A stretch of 64,000 nucleotides of DNA, taken from an uncultured virus (IMG/VR IMGVR_UViG_3300025881_001848) (lineage: Duplodnaviria > Heunggongvirae > Uroviricota > Caudoviricetes). The DNA lies in IMG/VR virus record IMGVR_UViG_3300025881_001848; one strand, given 5' to 3'. Below are positions 32,223 through 41,703 of this stretch, one piece after another; the first letter of the stretch is position 1, and every line of letters begins with the position of its first letter. Position numbers and translations under genes: made by a program. The notes under the pieces are model-generated. The model was given only the letters and a program-made list of their open reading frames with translations. It made no database searches and had not been told where the DNA came from.

Positions 32223-32365
32223 AGGGGATCGTCAAGTATAGCGAAGAGGTCACCCTAAGGTGGCCTTTTTTGTGGGTGTCTATATGCAAATAAACGAAAA
32301 AAATGATTGACAAAATAACGCATTATGATAATATAGACTCTCTTAAACACACACGGATAATAATC

Positions 32366-32752
32366 ATGCCACAAGTTAATACACAAAATTTAGTAAATGT
32401 TCTTCAAGGTGAAATTGGCTATAATGCCGCCAACAAAAAGATTTTTACACGCGAAGCTAAAAAAGTCCTTAAAGCGATTGTTGAAAAACTTGGCCTAAGC
32501 AAAGATGAATACGACATTCGCGTCAATGCAGGTGGGATTGCCGGTTCTGGTGAAGTTAAATTGCATACAGATAGATTATATATCTCATTATCACAGGGTT
32601 CTTGTGGTGATATGACTAGTCAGATGTATCGCTCGTGCAACCATAGAAAAGATTATTCTGGCGGAAGCAACCGTTGGGTTGACGCATCAAGACTACTTGA
32701 TGATGATACTTTATCCCATTTCAGGCTCATTCAAGGCACTGTCAACGCATAA
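32366..32752 (+). CDS. hypothetical protein, paralog of 32837 C-terminus
   Basis: QMYRxCN...SGGxNRWVD..RLLDDDT; start revised. Confidence 0.8.
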   Translation: MPQVNTQNLVNVLQGEIGYNAANKKIFTREAKKVLKAIVEKLGLSKDEYDIRVNAGGIAGSGEVKLHTDRLYISLSQGSCGDMTSQMYRSCNHRKDYSGGSNRWVDASRLLDDDTLSHFRLIQGTVNA

Positions 32753-32836
32753 CAACATAAACCTTAATCACGAGGGGTTGATATCCTCTCGTGGTCTCTA
32801 CGTCCATTACAGCGCCTTATTACGGAGCAATCAAAA

Positions 32837-33454
32837 ATGAATAAAGCAATCAGCCTTAAAAACGTTACATGGATGTCAAACGGTCTTGTTGCGGCTTTCA
32901 CGTCAAGTACTGCCGGATTTGGGATAGTTAACGCTAAAGGTCAGCTGTTAAGTTCAAATGGCGTTTCACCTGCGGCTTTTTTGAGAAAGTCTCACGCTCA
33001 AGAACAAGCACCCTATGCAGATGGATTCACGGATCATTCATGGGTAACCCCTGTTAGTGGTACTACGTTACCGGAAAACACCGATAACCTGACTCAGTTG
33101 GTCAATGTAGAGGGGAAGTTTAGTGCTGAGCATAAAGCAGCCTTTCACCTAGAGGCTCGCCGAGTACTGACAATATTAGCTAAGCGTATGGGGCTAGAGG
33201 ACGATGAATTCAAATTCGGTGTGTATCAAGATGATCACGGTATGTCAGGGCATGTAAGCTTTCATACCGAGTCAATGTTTATGATCATATCGCGTGGCGC
33301 ATGGGGTTCAACCACAAAACAGATGTATCGCCGATGCAATGGGTTAAACAACGCAAGTGGTGGCATGAACCGCTGGGTAGACGTCTTCCGTTTACTGGAT
33401 GATGATACGGTAGAAGAGTTCACGCGTATTCACGAAACGGCTATGACGGCGTAA
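32837..33454 (+). CDS. two-domain hypothetical protein
   Basis: GGAG RBS; C-domain paralogous to 32366. Confidence 0.8.
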   Translation: MNKAISLKNVTWMSNGLVAAFTSSTAGFGIVNAKGQLLSSNGVSPAAFLRKSHAQEQAPYADGFTDHSWVTPVSGTTLPENTDNLTQLVNVEGKFSAEHKAAFHLEARRVLTILAKRMGLEDDEFKFGVYQDDHGMSGHVSFHTESMFMIISRGAWGSTTKQMYRRCNGLNNASGGMNRWVDVFRLLDDDTVEEFTRIHETAMTA

Positions 33455-33590
33455 CAAAAATTCACATGGATAAGGTCGCTAAAAAGCGGCCTTTTTTATT
33501 GCATTAAATAATAAAAATGATTGACAATAATGTTCATTATGATAATATTACCTTACTGAAACGCAACACACACACCAAAGGAAAACGTTT

Positions 33591-34007
33591 ATGTCAAATG
33601 TAAAAAAATTAGATCCCACTGCACTAAGAATGATCCGCCCTCAAATCGATGCTGGTTTAAAAGAGTTAGGTGATAAACTTGGTATTAAATTTCATGCGGG
33701 TAATGCTCGTTGTGATGGGCTTACCGGTAACTATAAGCTTGAAATGACGCTAGTAGGTGATATTGAAGGGAAAAGCCCTCAAGAAATCGAAGAAGCGCGT
33801 TTAAAGACCGAATTTGAAAACTATGCTGCGTTATTTGGTTTGAAAGTAACTGATTTTCTTCGTGAAGTGAACGTGAACGGCGAAACATTTGCACTGGTAG
33901 GATTAAATCCGAAAGCGCCTAAAAATTCATATCTTGGTCGAAACGCGAAAGGCACAGTGTATAGATTGCCATCGTCCATGGTAGAGCCTCAGCTTAAGGC
34001 GGGGTAA
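33591..34007 (+). CDS. phage-type hypothetical protein
   Basis: promoter 33521, CA leader. Confidence 0.8.
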   Translation: MSNVKKLDPTALRMIRPQIDAGLKELGDKLGIKFHAGNARCDGLTGNYKLEMTLVGDIEGKSPQEIEEARLKTEFENYAALFGLKVTDFLREVNVNGETFALVGLNPKAPKNSYLGRNAKGTVYRLPSSMVEPQLKAG

Positions 34008-34053
34008 TTAATAGGGGGGCTTAAGCCTCCCTTTTCAAGAGGAATACACACAC

Positions 34054-34212
34054 ATGAGAGTCACTATTCAAGTAAACGAGGAAGGCGAGAGTATTATGAT
34101 CTTCCCAAAATCAGCCCCCTTAGGGTTAATTGAGCAAATCCGCCGTGTTACTAATGTCCAGCGTGAATTCATTGGGAAATTGGGCAACTTGGTATTCGTA
34201 TTAGCAGATTAG
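34054..34212 (+). CDS. 52-aa hypothetical protein (not in ORF track)
   Basis: AGAGGAATACACACAC-ATG; MRVTIQVNEEGES... Confidence 0.7.
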   Translation: MRVTIQVNEEGESIMIFPKSAPLGLIEQIRRVTNVQREFIGKLGNLVFVLAD

Positions 34213-34222
34213 GAGCTTCATT

Positions 34223-34603
34223 ATGTCTTCAAAATGTAAAAAACCATGCTCAAGCTGCGCGTTTCGAAAAGGTGCAGCTAAAAACTATTTTGGCGCAAAC
34301 TCTATTGAGGTGTATGCGTCTTACTATGACGTAGACGAGCCTATCCCCTGTCACACTAAATCAGGTGTTGACGATAAAGGGATGTTGGAGAACAAAGGGG
34401 ACACCCCCTGTATTGGTCATTTGATTGCTCAAATAAAATCGTGCAAATCGCCTCATTCGGTCGAGTCGCAAGCGTTGATAGCGCAGTTGCGTAAGCAAGA
34501 TAATATTGGCGAGTTAAAAGAAAATGCGCTGGCGAGATGGGAGTTCATGCCATATCACCAAGGTGAATTAGAGACGCAAAAGGATGTATTTTCATGTCAA
34601 TAG
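34223..34603 (+). CDS. Cys-rich protein
   Basis: KPCSSCAFRK, PCH, PCIG; AGGAG RBS. Confidence 0.75.
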   Translation: MSSKCKKPCSSCAFRKGAAKNYFGANSIEVYASYYDVDEPIPCHTKSGVDDKGMLENKGDTPCIGHLIAQIKSCKSPHSVESQALIAQLRKQDNIGELKENALARWEFMPYHQGELETQKDVFSCQ

Positions 34604-34974
34604 GGATTGAAATACACGTTAGAGATGGCGGTGTAAAACACGTTGATTGCAACATAAATAAAAGCATCCGTTTCTCGCTATCAGTGAATTACACTGATTA
34701 CCCTTACCTGAATCTTCAAAAAATCGTAAACGATGTGCCAGAAGCATCGCTTGACGTGTCGGTGTCTATCAAGGTAACCGGAAAAACGTATGATGTTGAT
34801 GTTACCAAACCATCTGAATTACCATTTTACTACAAGGTGCTGAACTTTGATGTGCTTGCAGGCACCTGGAACTTAGAACGTTTGGAAAAAGTAAAGACGC
34901 CAGAGGGACGGTGCGAGTATGCCGAGGTAACGGAGGTTTATTTAAAGGCACATGAACAATTCAAAGAAAAATGA
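34594..34974 (+). CDS. hypothetical protein, distant paralog of 35038
   Basis: RxGxVxxV and Y(D/E)V(D/E)VxKP shared. Confidence 0.7.
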   Translation: MSIGIEIHVRDGGVKHVDCNINKSIRFSLSVNYTDYPYLNLQKIVNDVPEASLDVSVSIKVTGKTYDVDVTKPSELPFYYKVLNFDVLAGTWNLERLEKVKTPEGRCEYAEVTEVYLKAHEQFKEK

Positions 34975-35037
34975 TTGACACATTATCATATTGAAGTATA
35001 CTGAACGTATCAAGTAAATAACATCAAAGGCAGCAAC

Positions 35038-35427
35038 ATGCAGATAGATTTAGTGGCATCCATCAGGGGTGGTTTAATTTCTGAAGTGAAGTCAAGCCAC
35101 AAAGATGACGTGAGCATTACCGTTATTGCTGTAGATCCTCTGGATGATACTAATCGTGTCGAAAACATTGTGAGCTTACCGAGCGAGAAGGCAGAGAAGG
35201 TTGTTATTACCATCACGCTTCATGCTAATGCTTATGAGGTTGAAGTGGATAAGCCAGCGCATATCAGCGTTAAGGTGAGGCTACACGACTTCGATATTGA
35301 TGAAGACGCGCAAGAGCAAGGAGAGGAAGGGTATTCGGATGAGTATATTCGTGTCCAGACATCTAAGGATAAGGAAGAATTTGCGTATGAGTATATGCAT
35401 GCATTTTTTGGTGATGAAGATTTTTAA
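35038..35427 (+). CDS. acidic hypothetical protein
   Basis: promoter 34975. Confidence 0.75.
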   Translation: MQIDLVASIRGGLISEVKSSHKDDVSITVIAVDPLDDTNRVENIVSLPSEKAEKVVITITLHANAYEVEVDKPAHISVKVRLHDFDIDEDAQEQGEEGYSDEYIRVQTSKDKEEFAYEYMHAFFGDEDF

Positions 35428-35499
35428 AATAAATGATTGACAACATTATCATAATGAAGTAAAATGGTTTTATTGAATCGGAACACACAAGGCAAGACG

Positions 35500-36129
35500 A
35501 TGACCCAGAACAATCAGTACGAACAATCAGAGACCCAGCGCATTATTGATTTAATGCAGCGTATTGAGAGCGACGGGTTTAAGGGCGGCATAGTGATGTC
35601 GGCCGATGGTCAGAAGTCCAAGAATTTATCTATCTCGGTAGCCCAGGCTATCAAGATCCAAGCGATACTTGTAGAAGGTGACATCCCTTTACGCCAGGAG
35701 GCAGCATTTACCCTTACGTTGGTGAGTGAGTTGTCATCGGGCATGATGCTAGATTTAGGTCGTGATGAGCACGTAGATCCACATGATAAGAATGTGAGGC
35801 TAAGAGATGCTTATGTAACAGTTGAGGCTGTTACGCGAACGAATACAGGTATCATTGTGGCTTTTGCAGATTTTGAAAATGTACGATTGCCGGAGGATCA
35901 CCAAGTGAAGGTGGTTGCGTTGGTACCAGAAAAAGCAGGCGACAAGGTGTATGCGTATGCGGTTAGTGATGAGTCTGGAGAAACTGTATTAGAAACCGAC
36001 GACATCGAGGCAGCACGAGAATGTGTAGATGATATTAATGATGAGCTTTCTGAAGACGATAGAATTACCGCCCGAGCTGCATTAATGGAACGAAATAGTG
36101 ATGGCACTGGATACACCCGCCTTGACTAA
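35500..36129 (+). CDS. hypothetical protein directly upstream of the hairpin array
   Basis: promoter 35437; ACACACAAGG leader; start revised. Confidence 0.8.
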   Translation: MTQNNQYEQSETQRIIDLMQRIESDGFKGGIVMSADGQKSKNLSISVAQAIKIQAILVEGDIPLRQEAAFTLTLVSELSSGMMLDLGRDEHVDPHDKNVRLRDAYVTVEAVTRTNTGIIVAFADFENVRLPEDHQVKVVALVPEKAGDKVYAYAVSDESGETVLETDDIEAARECVDDINDELSEDDRITARAALMERNSDGTGYTRLD

Positions 36130-36141
36130 TGTGAAGACTTC

Positions 36142-36454
36142 GACTTGCTAGACTGTGTGTGGTGTAGCAAGTCACCCTACTACGGGTAATAAGACTGTGT
36201 GTGGTTTTATTACCCACCCCTACGAGTGACTGAACTGTGTGTGGTTTTGTCACTCATCCTTTAGATTGGCGAGCTGTGTGTGGCACGCCAATCACTTTCT
36301 TCGGGCAACTGACTGTGTGTGGTTAAGTTGCCCACCCTTTTCGATTGGTGCGCTGTGTGTGGCTCACCAATCCATTTCTTCGGGTGACAATGCTGTGTGT
36401 GGCGTTGTTACCCAACCTCTTCGAGATGGCAGACTGTGTGTGGTTTGCCATCTC
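36142..36454 (+). ncRNA. array of eight hairpins with invariant UGUGUGUG loops
   Basis: loops at 36154, 36196, 36236, 36275, 36314, 36354, 36394, 36435; variable complementary stems; G-U pairs favour + strand. Confidence 0.85.
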
Positions 36455-36586
36455 AACCTCTTTGCAATAAAACCCCTTGATACAACATCCCTTAAGACCC
36501 ATTAAACCTCAATAAAATAACTAAATGATTGACAAAATAATTCACCATGATAATATGTATTCATTGAAATAACCCAAGAGAGCACC

Positions 36587-36937
36587 ATGAAAAAAATCAA
36601 CGTATTATTCAGTAAAGACAATAATCATGCGGTTACAGACTGTAATGCCGCGAGCTGGTACCAGACGTTATTGGCGTGCTCCAACGAGGGTGGTGTACAG
36701 ACGGCGGTTATGGCCACGGGCACCATGTTAAATGAGCTTCGTATCGGCGTGCGTTTGAAAGAAATTGAACCTTTTGAGTTCCAGTACGAAGGGCAAACGA
36801 TTAAGTGCGGTGAGCAAGGGCAGTTAGATTCTTGGCCACTGGGGTTGTTTGATGAATTGTCATCTCAAATGTACGTATTAATGTCTGGTTGCACGCGTGA
36901 AGAGGCTGCCGAGAAGAGCGCAGGGAGGCTGCGCTAA
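36587..36937 (+). CDS. hypothetical protein
   Basis: promoter 36529. Confidence 0.8.
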   Translation: MKKINVLFSKDNNHAVTDCNAASWYQTLLACSNEGGVQTAVMATGTMLNELRIGVRLKEIEPFEFQYEGQTIKCGEQGQLDSWPLGLFDELSSQMYVLMSGCTREEAAEKSAGRLR

Positions 36938-37602
36938 TGTCAACAGGGGATAGTAGAGTTGATAGTGGTCGTGCGATAAAGTTAGCGCTGATAAGTGTTG
37001 ATGTGCCTGTTAGCGTCTTTGATTTGGTAGTGAGTGGCTACAATGTATTTAAGGGTCGTGATTTCGCAGATGAAATATATCTAGATACTCGCGGTATGAT
37101 AGAGGATGAAATCCTTATATTGGCGGAGTTGCTGCGTGTTGATGCACAGGATATCACTGAGGTTGTTGTACTTATTTATCACTATGATCATGATGACTGG
37201 GATAGAATTGGCGAGCTAAATGATGGATTAGATGGCATAGAAGGACTGGAAAGTGAAGTGCCTGTGGCAAAACCAGTAAACGATATTGTGGAAGATGTGC
37301 AGCGAGTATTGCTGGCCAATGCGAGTGCAACCATGGCAACCGATAGAGAAGGGTATTTTATGTTTACGGGTGCCAAGTCATATGTGAACAGTGTGTTAGC
37401 TGTATTAGTACCGCTACATAAAGAAGGTAAGCTTGCTTTGCGTGATATGAGTGCTGAGAGTACGGTTGATTTAATTGCTCAATTTCATAAGCTTGACGAG
37501 TGGGAGTACTGTCCAAGTGATGTGGTGCTGCCAAGCCAATCTCAAATTGATACCATTAACTCTCGATTATCGTCAGACATTAAATGGAAAGAAACGGATT
37601 AA
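36937..37602 (+). CDS. acidic hypothetical protein
   Basis: TAATG coupling. Confidence 0.75.
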   Translation: MSTGDSRVDSGRAIKLALISVDVPVSVFDLVVSGYNVFKGRDFADEIYLDTRGMIEDEILILAELLRVDAQDITEVVVLIYHYDHDDWDRIGELNDGLDGIEGLESEVPVAKPVNDIVEDVQRVLLANASATMATDREGYFMFTGAKSYVNSVLAVLVPLHKEGKLALRDMSAESTVDLIAQFHKLDEWEYCPSDVVLPSQSQIDTINSRLSSDIKWKETD

Positions 37603-37712
37603 CGGTGACAGCACTCGCAAGGGTATTTCATTTATTTAGCTATAAATGATTGACAAAACATCAAAATGATAATATACTGGTTTTACTGAATCGGAACACA
37701 CAAGGCAAGACG

Positions 37713-37901
37713 ATGAGTAACCACACATTAACTGAATCGCAGATCGCTTGGTTTGCAGAACGCATAGATACTGCGCCCTCGGGGAAAGTTATCGTAAAAT
37801 CGAATTTAATCACCAAATTTAAAAAGATGTTTCCAGCAAGCAGCATGAGTAATGAAGTCGCTCGTTCGGATATCATCAGGAACTGCCAACAGTTCATATA
37901 G
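37713..37901 (+). CDS. small hypothetical protein
   Basis: leader 38/39 identical to that of 35500; start revised. Confidence 0.7.
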   Translation: MSNHTLTESQIAWFAERIDTAPSGKVIVKSNLITKFKKMFPASSMSNEVARSDIIRNCQQFI

Positions 37902-37907
37902 TAAGAC

Positions 37908-38038
37908 GAGGTAAGAGAGCTTGTTTTCCTGCAAGCTTTCTTGACTCAACCCGTAGATGTTTGACCAACCATTCATCTACACAGCACGATAAGTGAATGA
38001 GGTAGGAGAGTTTGTTTTCCTGCAAGCTTTCTTACCTC
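37908..38038 (+). repeat. two copies of a 40-nt hairpin (loop TTTTCCTG) flanking a third hairpin
   Basis: 37908-37947 and 37999-38038; middle GTAGATG/CATCTAC stem. Confidence 0.8.
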
Positions 38039-38104
38039 AGAAGCTTCTGTTTATCCCTGTGCTACTATCATTTTAAACCCATTTATTACGACCAGAGAAG
38101 CCCT

Positions 38105-38560
38105 ATGCTAAATATAATGCGCTTTATTCGCCATTTTTCCCTGACTAAACTCCCCAAGACACATGTGGTGTTCTATTTCCCTGAGGATCTTTCGCGTAAA
38201 GCTCAACAGTATGCACATTTTATAGCGTTGCCAGTAGACGAGGTTGCTCCTGTATTACAGATTGCATTTACTGAGGTGAATGACTATATGCCTTATGAGT
38301 TAGATCAGATAGCGTCAGAGATCCGAAAAGGCAACATTCACATCCAGTGTATGCGATTCACCCAGTGTCCTGATGATTATCAGTATACCGTTATTGATAA
38401 AGTAGGTGCGCCTTCGCTAAAGCCTTTGACGGATTATAAAGGCAGTGAAGTTATTAATTTTGGTGGCGGCAGGTTGGGGTATACAGTAGGGCATTTTAAT
38501 GTGGTGCCACAGCCAAATAGGCTTGCAAGAAACACTCACTATTTAAAGATAATTGATTGA
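38105..38560 (+). CDS. hypothetical protein
   Basis: start revised; stop inside next promoter. Confidence 0.7.
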   Translation: MLNIMRFIRHFSLTKLPKTHVVFYFPEDLSRKAQQYAHFIALPVDEVAPVLQIAFTEVNDYMPYELDQIASEIRKGNIHIQCMRFTQCPDDYQYTVIDKVGAPSLKPLTDYKGSEVINFGGGRLGYTVGHFNVVPQPNRLARNTHYLKIID

Positions 38561-38618
38561 CAAATGTTCAAAATGATAATATAATGTTTGTATTGAATCA
38601 AACCACGGAAACACACAC

Positions 38619-39050
38619 ATGACACCTATAATCAAACCTATAATCAAACCTATATTTAAAGCCATATTAGACGAAGCAATTGCCACCGGCGATCAAGCTA
38701 ACATTGACGCGATGAAAGTGGCTATTGAGCAAGAAATATTCTTTGTTGAAGTTATTGTTACCGGCATAGGCCAGTATAGCATGGGTTCGACCTCTGTTGA
38801 TGTTGAGGGTAAAGATACGCCTATTCCTTGTGTGTATGCAACTCAAGCGGAAGTATTAGCCGAAATTAAAGATGAAACCCAGCGTTACGAATCAGAAGTG
38901 CAAGGCGGCGAACGTGATGTAGAAGATGAATACGAAGGTCAGTTAATGGCCATGAAGTGGGATGGCGGTACGCAAGTGTCATTCTTTGATGTTGATGATT
39001 TGGATGCGAAACTTGATGAAGGCGCGTGGCGCTGGCATGCGGGTCACTAG
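38619..39050 (+). CDS. acidic hypothetical protein
   Basis: promoter 38557; GGAAACACACAC-ATG. Confidence 0.8.
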   Translation: MTPIIKPIIKPIFKAILDEAIATGDQANIDAMKVAIEQEIFFVEVIVTGIGQYSMGSTSVDVEGKDTPIPCVYATQAEVLAEIKDETQRYESEVQGGERDVEDEYEGQLMAMKWDGGTQVSFFDVDDLDAKLDEGAWRWHAGH

Positions 39051-39371
39051 TGTCGATGGTCGGTTGTGTTGTCAGTCGGCCTTCTCATCCTAACTGCCAA
39101 TCATTTATAAATTAATGATTGACAAAAAGGTGATAATCATTATAATAGGTAGTAAGAGTTAAGGGGGAACGCCCCCACGCAAGCCAAGCGGTTAAAGAGC
39201 TTAGATGTCTTCCAGTTATTTACAATTGAGTCGCCATGCTAGATACCCAAGAGGATGAAAGAACACGAAAGGAGCTGTCAACATCAGCTGTTAACCTTTC
39301 ATTTAATTAATAACCGGTGTCCATAGTGGTACGCCAGTCCACTTTATTGAATTAAATGAGAGTCGCATATT

Positions 39372-39911
39372 ATGAACCTGATCAAATTAAACAGTCAACT
39401 CGCCCGATTAAATCGAAATACGCCTATGACAGGTGTGTTTAAGCAAATCCTTGCTGAGTTTGACCATCGCAAAATCGTCCTAGTAACCTGTGTTGGTAAT
39501 GAGGAAGGCAAAGAGGGTTACGATCCTGATGGCCGCTGTATCACGGGCAGTTACTATGAGCTGGTGGATGGTAATATGCGAGTGGTGTTTGATTTCCCTG
39601 TGCATTTAAAAGCGCACTTACAATCACTGATTGATGTAGAAGGTATAAAAGACTTCCCCCAACAACAAGCAGAATCCCCTGAGCAGTTATTTGTCGAGTC
39701 GGTTGAAGCCGCGATTAATAGCCCTCAAATTAGCGTCAGTGTCGAAGAAGGTGAGGCGAACTACTTTACGATACAGATTGACAACCCTTTTATCAGTAAT
39801 GAGCATATAAGGCCAACGGATGCGCTTGTTGCTATCATTCGTGAACAAGGTTTGGCCATTTTGGGTAAGGAAGTTCAATTTGATAACATCCGGCGTTCTT
39901 TCTGGTTTTAA
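39372..39911 (+). CDS. hypothetical protein
   Basis: promoter 39119 plus ~220-nt leader. Confidence 0.75.
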   Translation: MNLIKLNSQLARLNRNTPMTGVFKQILAEFDHRKIVLVTCVGNEEGKEGYDPDGRCITGSYYELVDGNMRVVFDFPVHLKAHLQSLIDVEGIKDFPQQQAESPEQLFVESVEAAINSPQISVSVEEGEANYFTIQIDNPFISNEHIRPTDALVAIIREQGLAILGKEVQFDNIRRSFWF

Positions 39912-40118
39912 AGCTTTCTGGTTTTAAAGTGAGCTGATGGTACCTGACGCTTGAATTATCAACATCCTATATAAAAGTCGCCTTATAGCGGCTTTTTTTT
40001 TGTGTTGGAACTGGATAAGTAGTGGATTGTGATAGGTTTAGCTGGAAGATTTATGTGGCTTTTTGAAAGGCGATAAATCAATTTGATCATTAGTAATGAC
40101 TGACAAGGATGTAAGGGT

Positions 40119-40886
40119 ATGAAGAGTATGATGAGAAAGGTGGCAGTTACCGCTGTATTACTGTTGACCATGGGGTCGGCGTCAGCTGAGCTTATTAAAG
40201 TTGATTTGAGCGAGACGGGATCGCTAGGTGTGACACTTGATTCTGACACAGGACTTGAGTGGTTAGGGCTTCGAAGCACGCTTGGTATGTCAATGAATGA
40301 GGCCTTAACGGCCTTTTCAGGATGGCGATTAGCTACTGAATTTGAAGTTAACACGGTTGTTGATAAAGTGAGGCAAGGAGAGCGTTACAGTAGTTATTTT
40401 GGCAGTGCGTTTCAGCAAGATATCTCGCTATATAATTCCAGTAACTCAGGAAATAGTTACTTTGTGCAGTATGCAGGCAAGCTTTTTAATACGTTTCAAG
40501 GCGGTAACACAGCTCCTTATCAAAGTGGTGTTAGCATGCGCGTAGGGTCGGGTCTGCATCTTAGTGACACCACGGGTGGATTGTTGCTGACAGGCGGCAA
40601 TAGCTTCTCGGATTCAAACGGTACTTATATTCGCTATAACGATATTACGTCGTCGAATTTGTCGGATGTGAAAGATTATAAAGGTGCACAAATGTCAGTG
40701 TTTTTAGTGTCAGATGGTGGTCAGTCATTTGCTTCATTGCAAGACCCAACACTGAATATTAACAATCCTAACGCACCAATTAACAATGCAACTGCGGTAA
40801 GTGAGCCTGGGGCGTCAGCAATTTTAGGTTTAGGACTGATGGGCTTGGCGGTTCGCCGCAAGCGAATGAATGAGTTTAATGGATAA
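40119..40886 (+). CDS. PEP-CTERM-type sorted surface protein (VSEP)
   Basis: signal peptide; GLEWL; VFLVSDGG; VSEP-TM-RRKR. Confidence 0.9.
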   Translation: MKSMMRKVAVTAVLLLTMGSASAELIKVDLSETGSLGVTLDSDTGLEWLGLRSTLGMSMNEALTAFSGWRLATEFEVNTVVDKVRQGERYSSYFGSAFQQDISLYNSSNSGNSYFVQYAGKLFNTFQGGNTAPYQSGVSMRVGSGLHLSDTTGGLLLTGGNSFSDSNGTYIRYNDITSSNLSDVKDYKGAQMSVFLVSDGGQSFASLQDPTLNINNPNAPINNATAVSEPGASAILGLGLMGLAVRRKRMNEFNG

Positions 40887-40896
40887 AAAGGGTAGT

Positions 40897-41703
40897 ATGA
40901 ACATGAAAAGTTTGATGAAAAAGGTAATTGTAGCGACGGCGCTGTTATTAACAGTAAACGCAGCATCCGCTGGGCTTATCCGAGTTGATTTAAGCAGCGC
41001 GGGTTCTCAGGGTGTAACGCTTGATACTGACACTGGTATAGAGTGGTTAGGGTTAAGCAATACTTTAGGTATGTCAATGAATGAGGCCTTAACGGCTTTC
41101 TCTGGCTGGCGCGTAGCAACACAGTTTGAAGTCGGCACGGTGATTAATAAAGTTCTTGCCGGTGAAGCTTATGAGAATTTCTTTGGCAGTGCGCTTCAAA
41201 GTGGTTATGGTCAAATTGACTACGGAAGCTCGCGTAACAGTTATTATGTGCAGTTTACTAATAAGATGCACAGTGTATTTCAAGGTGGAAACACGGCACC
41301 GGCATCTGATGGGCGTTTTTTGAGGGTGGCTGATGGCTTGCACATTAATGACGTTACAGGCGGTCTAATCCGTTCAGGCACCACTATTGCGTCAAACCGG
41401 TATTACCAGCGAATTTATTTTAACCGTGGCTTAGGCATAAGTTTGCCTGATATTATGGATTATAAAAGGGCAGATGCTTCGGTGTTTTTAGTGTCAGACG
41501 GTGGCCGGTCATTTGCTTCATTGCAAGATCCAACTATCAATGCTAACAACGCCAATGCGCCAATCAATAACGCGACTGCCGTGAGCGAGCCTGGGGCGTT
41601 AGCGCTCTTAGGATTAGGCCTAATGGGTTTAGCCGTTAGCCGTAAGCGTAAAAATGGTTTAGCGGTTCGTCGTAAGCGTCACAATGGCTTTTCCGGTGGC
41701 TAA
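40897..41703 (+). CDS. PEP-CTERM-type sorted surface protein, tandem paralog of 40119
   Basis: same motifs; duplicated basic tail; start revised. Confidence 0.9.
   Translation: MNMKSLMKKVIVATALLLTVNAASAGLIRVDLSSAGSQGVTLDTDTGIEWLGLSNTLGMSMNEALTAFSGWRVATQFEVGTVINKVLAGEAYENFFGSALQSGYGQIDYGSSRNSYYVQFTNKMHSVFQGGNTAPASDGRFLRVADGLHINDVTGGLIRSGTTIASNRYYQRIYFNRGLGISLPDIMDYKRADASVFLVSDGGRSFASLQDPTINANNANAPINNATAVSEPGALALLGLGLMGLAVSRKRKNGLAVRRKRHNGFSGG

Noticed and set aside
36142..36454. CRISPR array (regular ~40-nt period)
   Set aside because: The constant part is only 10 nt and forms the loop; the variable parts are self-complementary stems rather than spacers; no cas genes recognised.
36239..36505. 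88-aa ORF with repeated CVW
   Set aside because: By-product of the TGTGTGTGG repeats; no RBS; sequence is explained by stem pairing.
39896..39929. 16-nt tandem duplication at a stop codon as a target-site duplication
   Set aside because: Copies are adjacent with no inserted element; looks like slippage, as does the 12-nt repeat near 38625.
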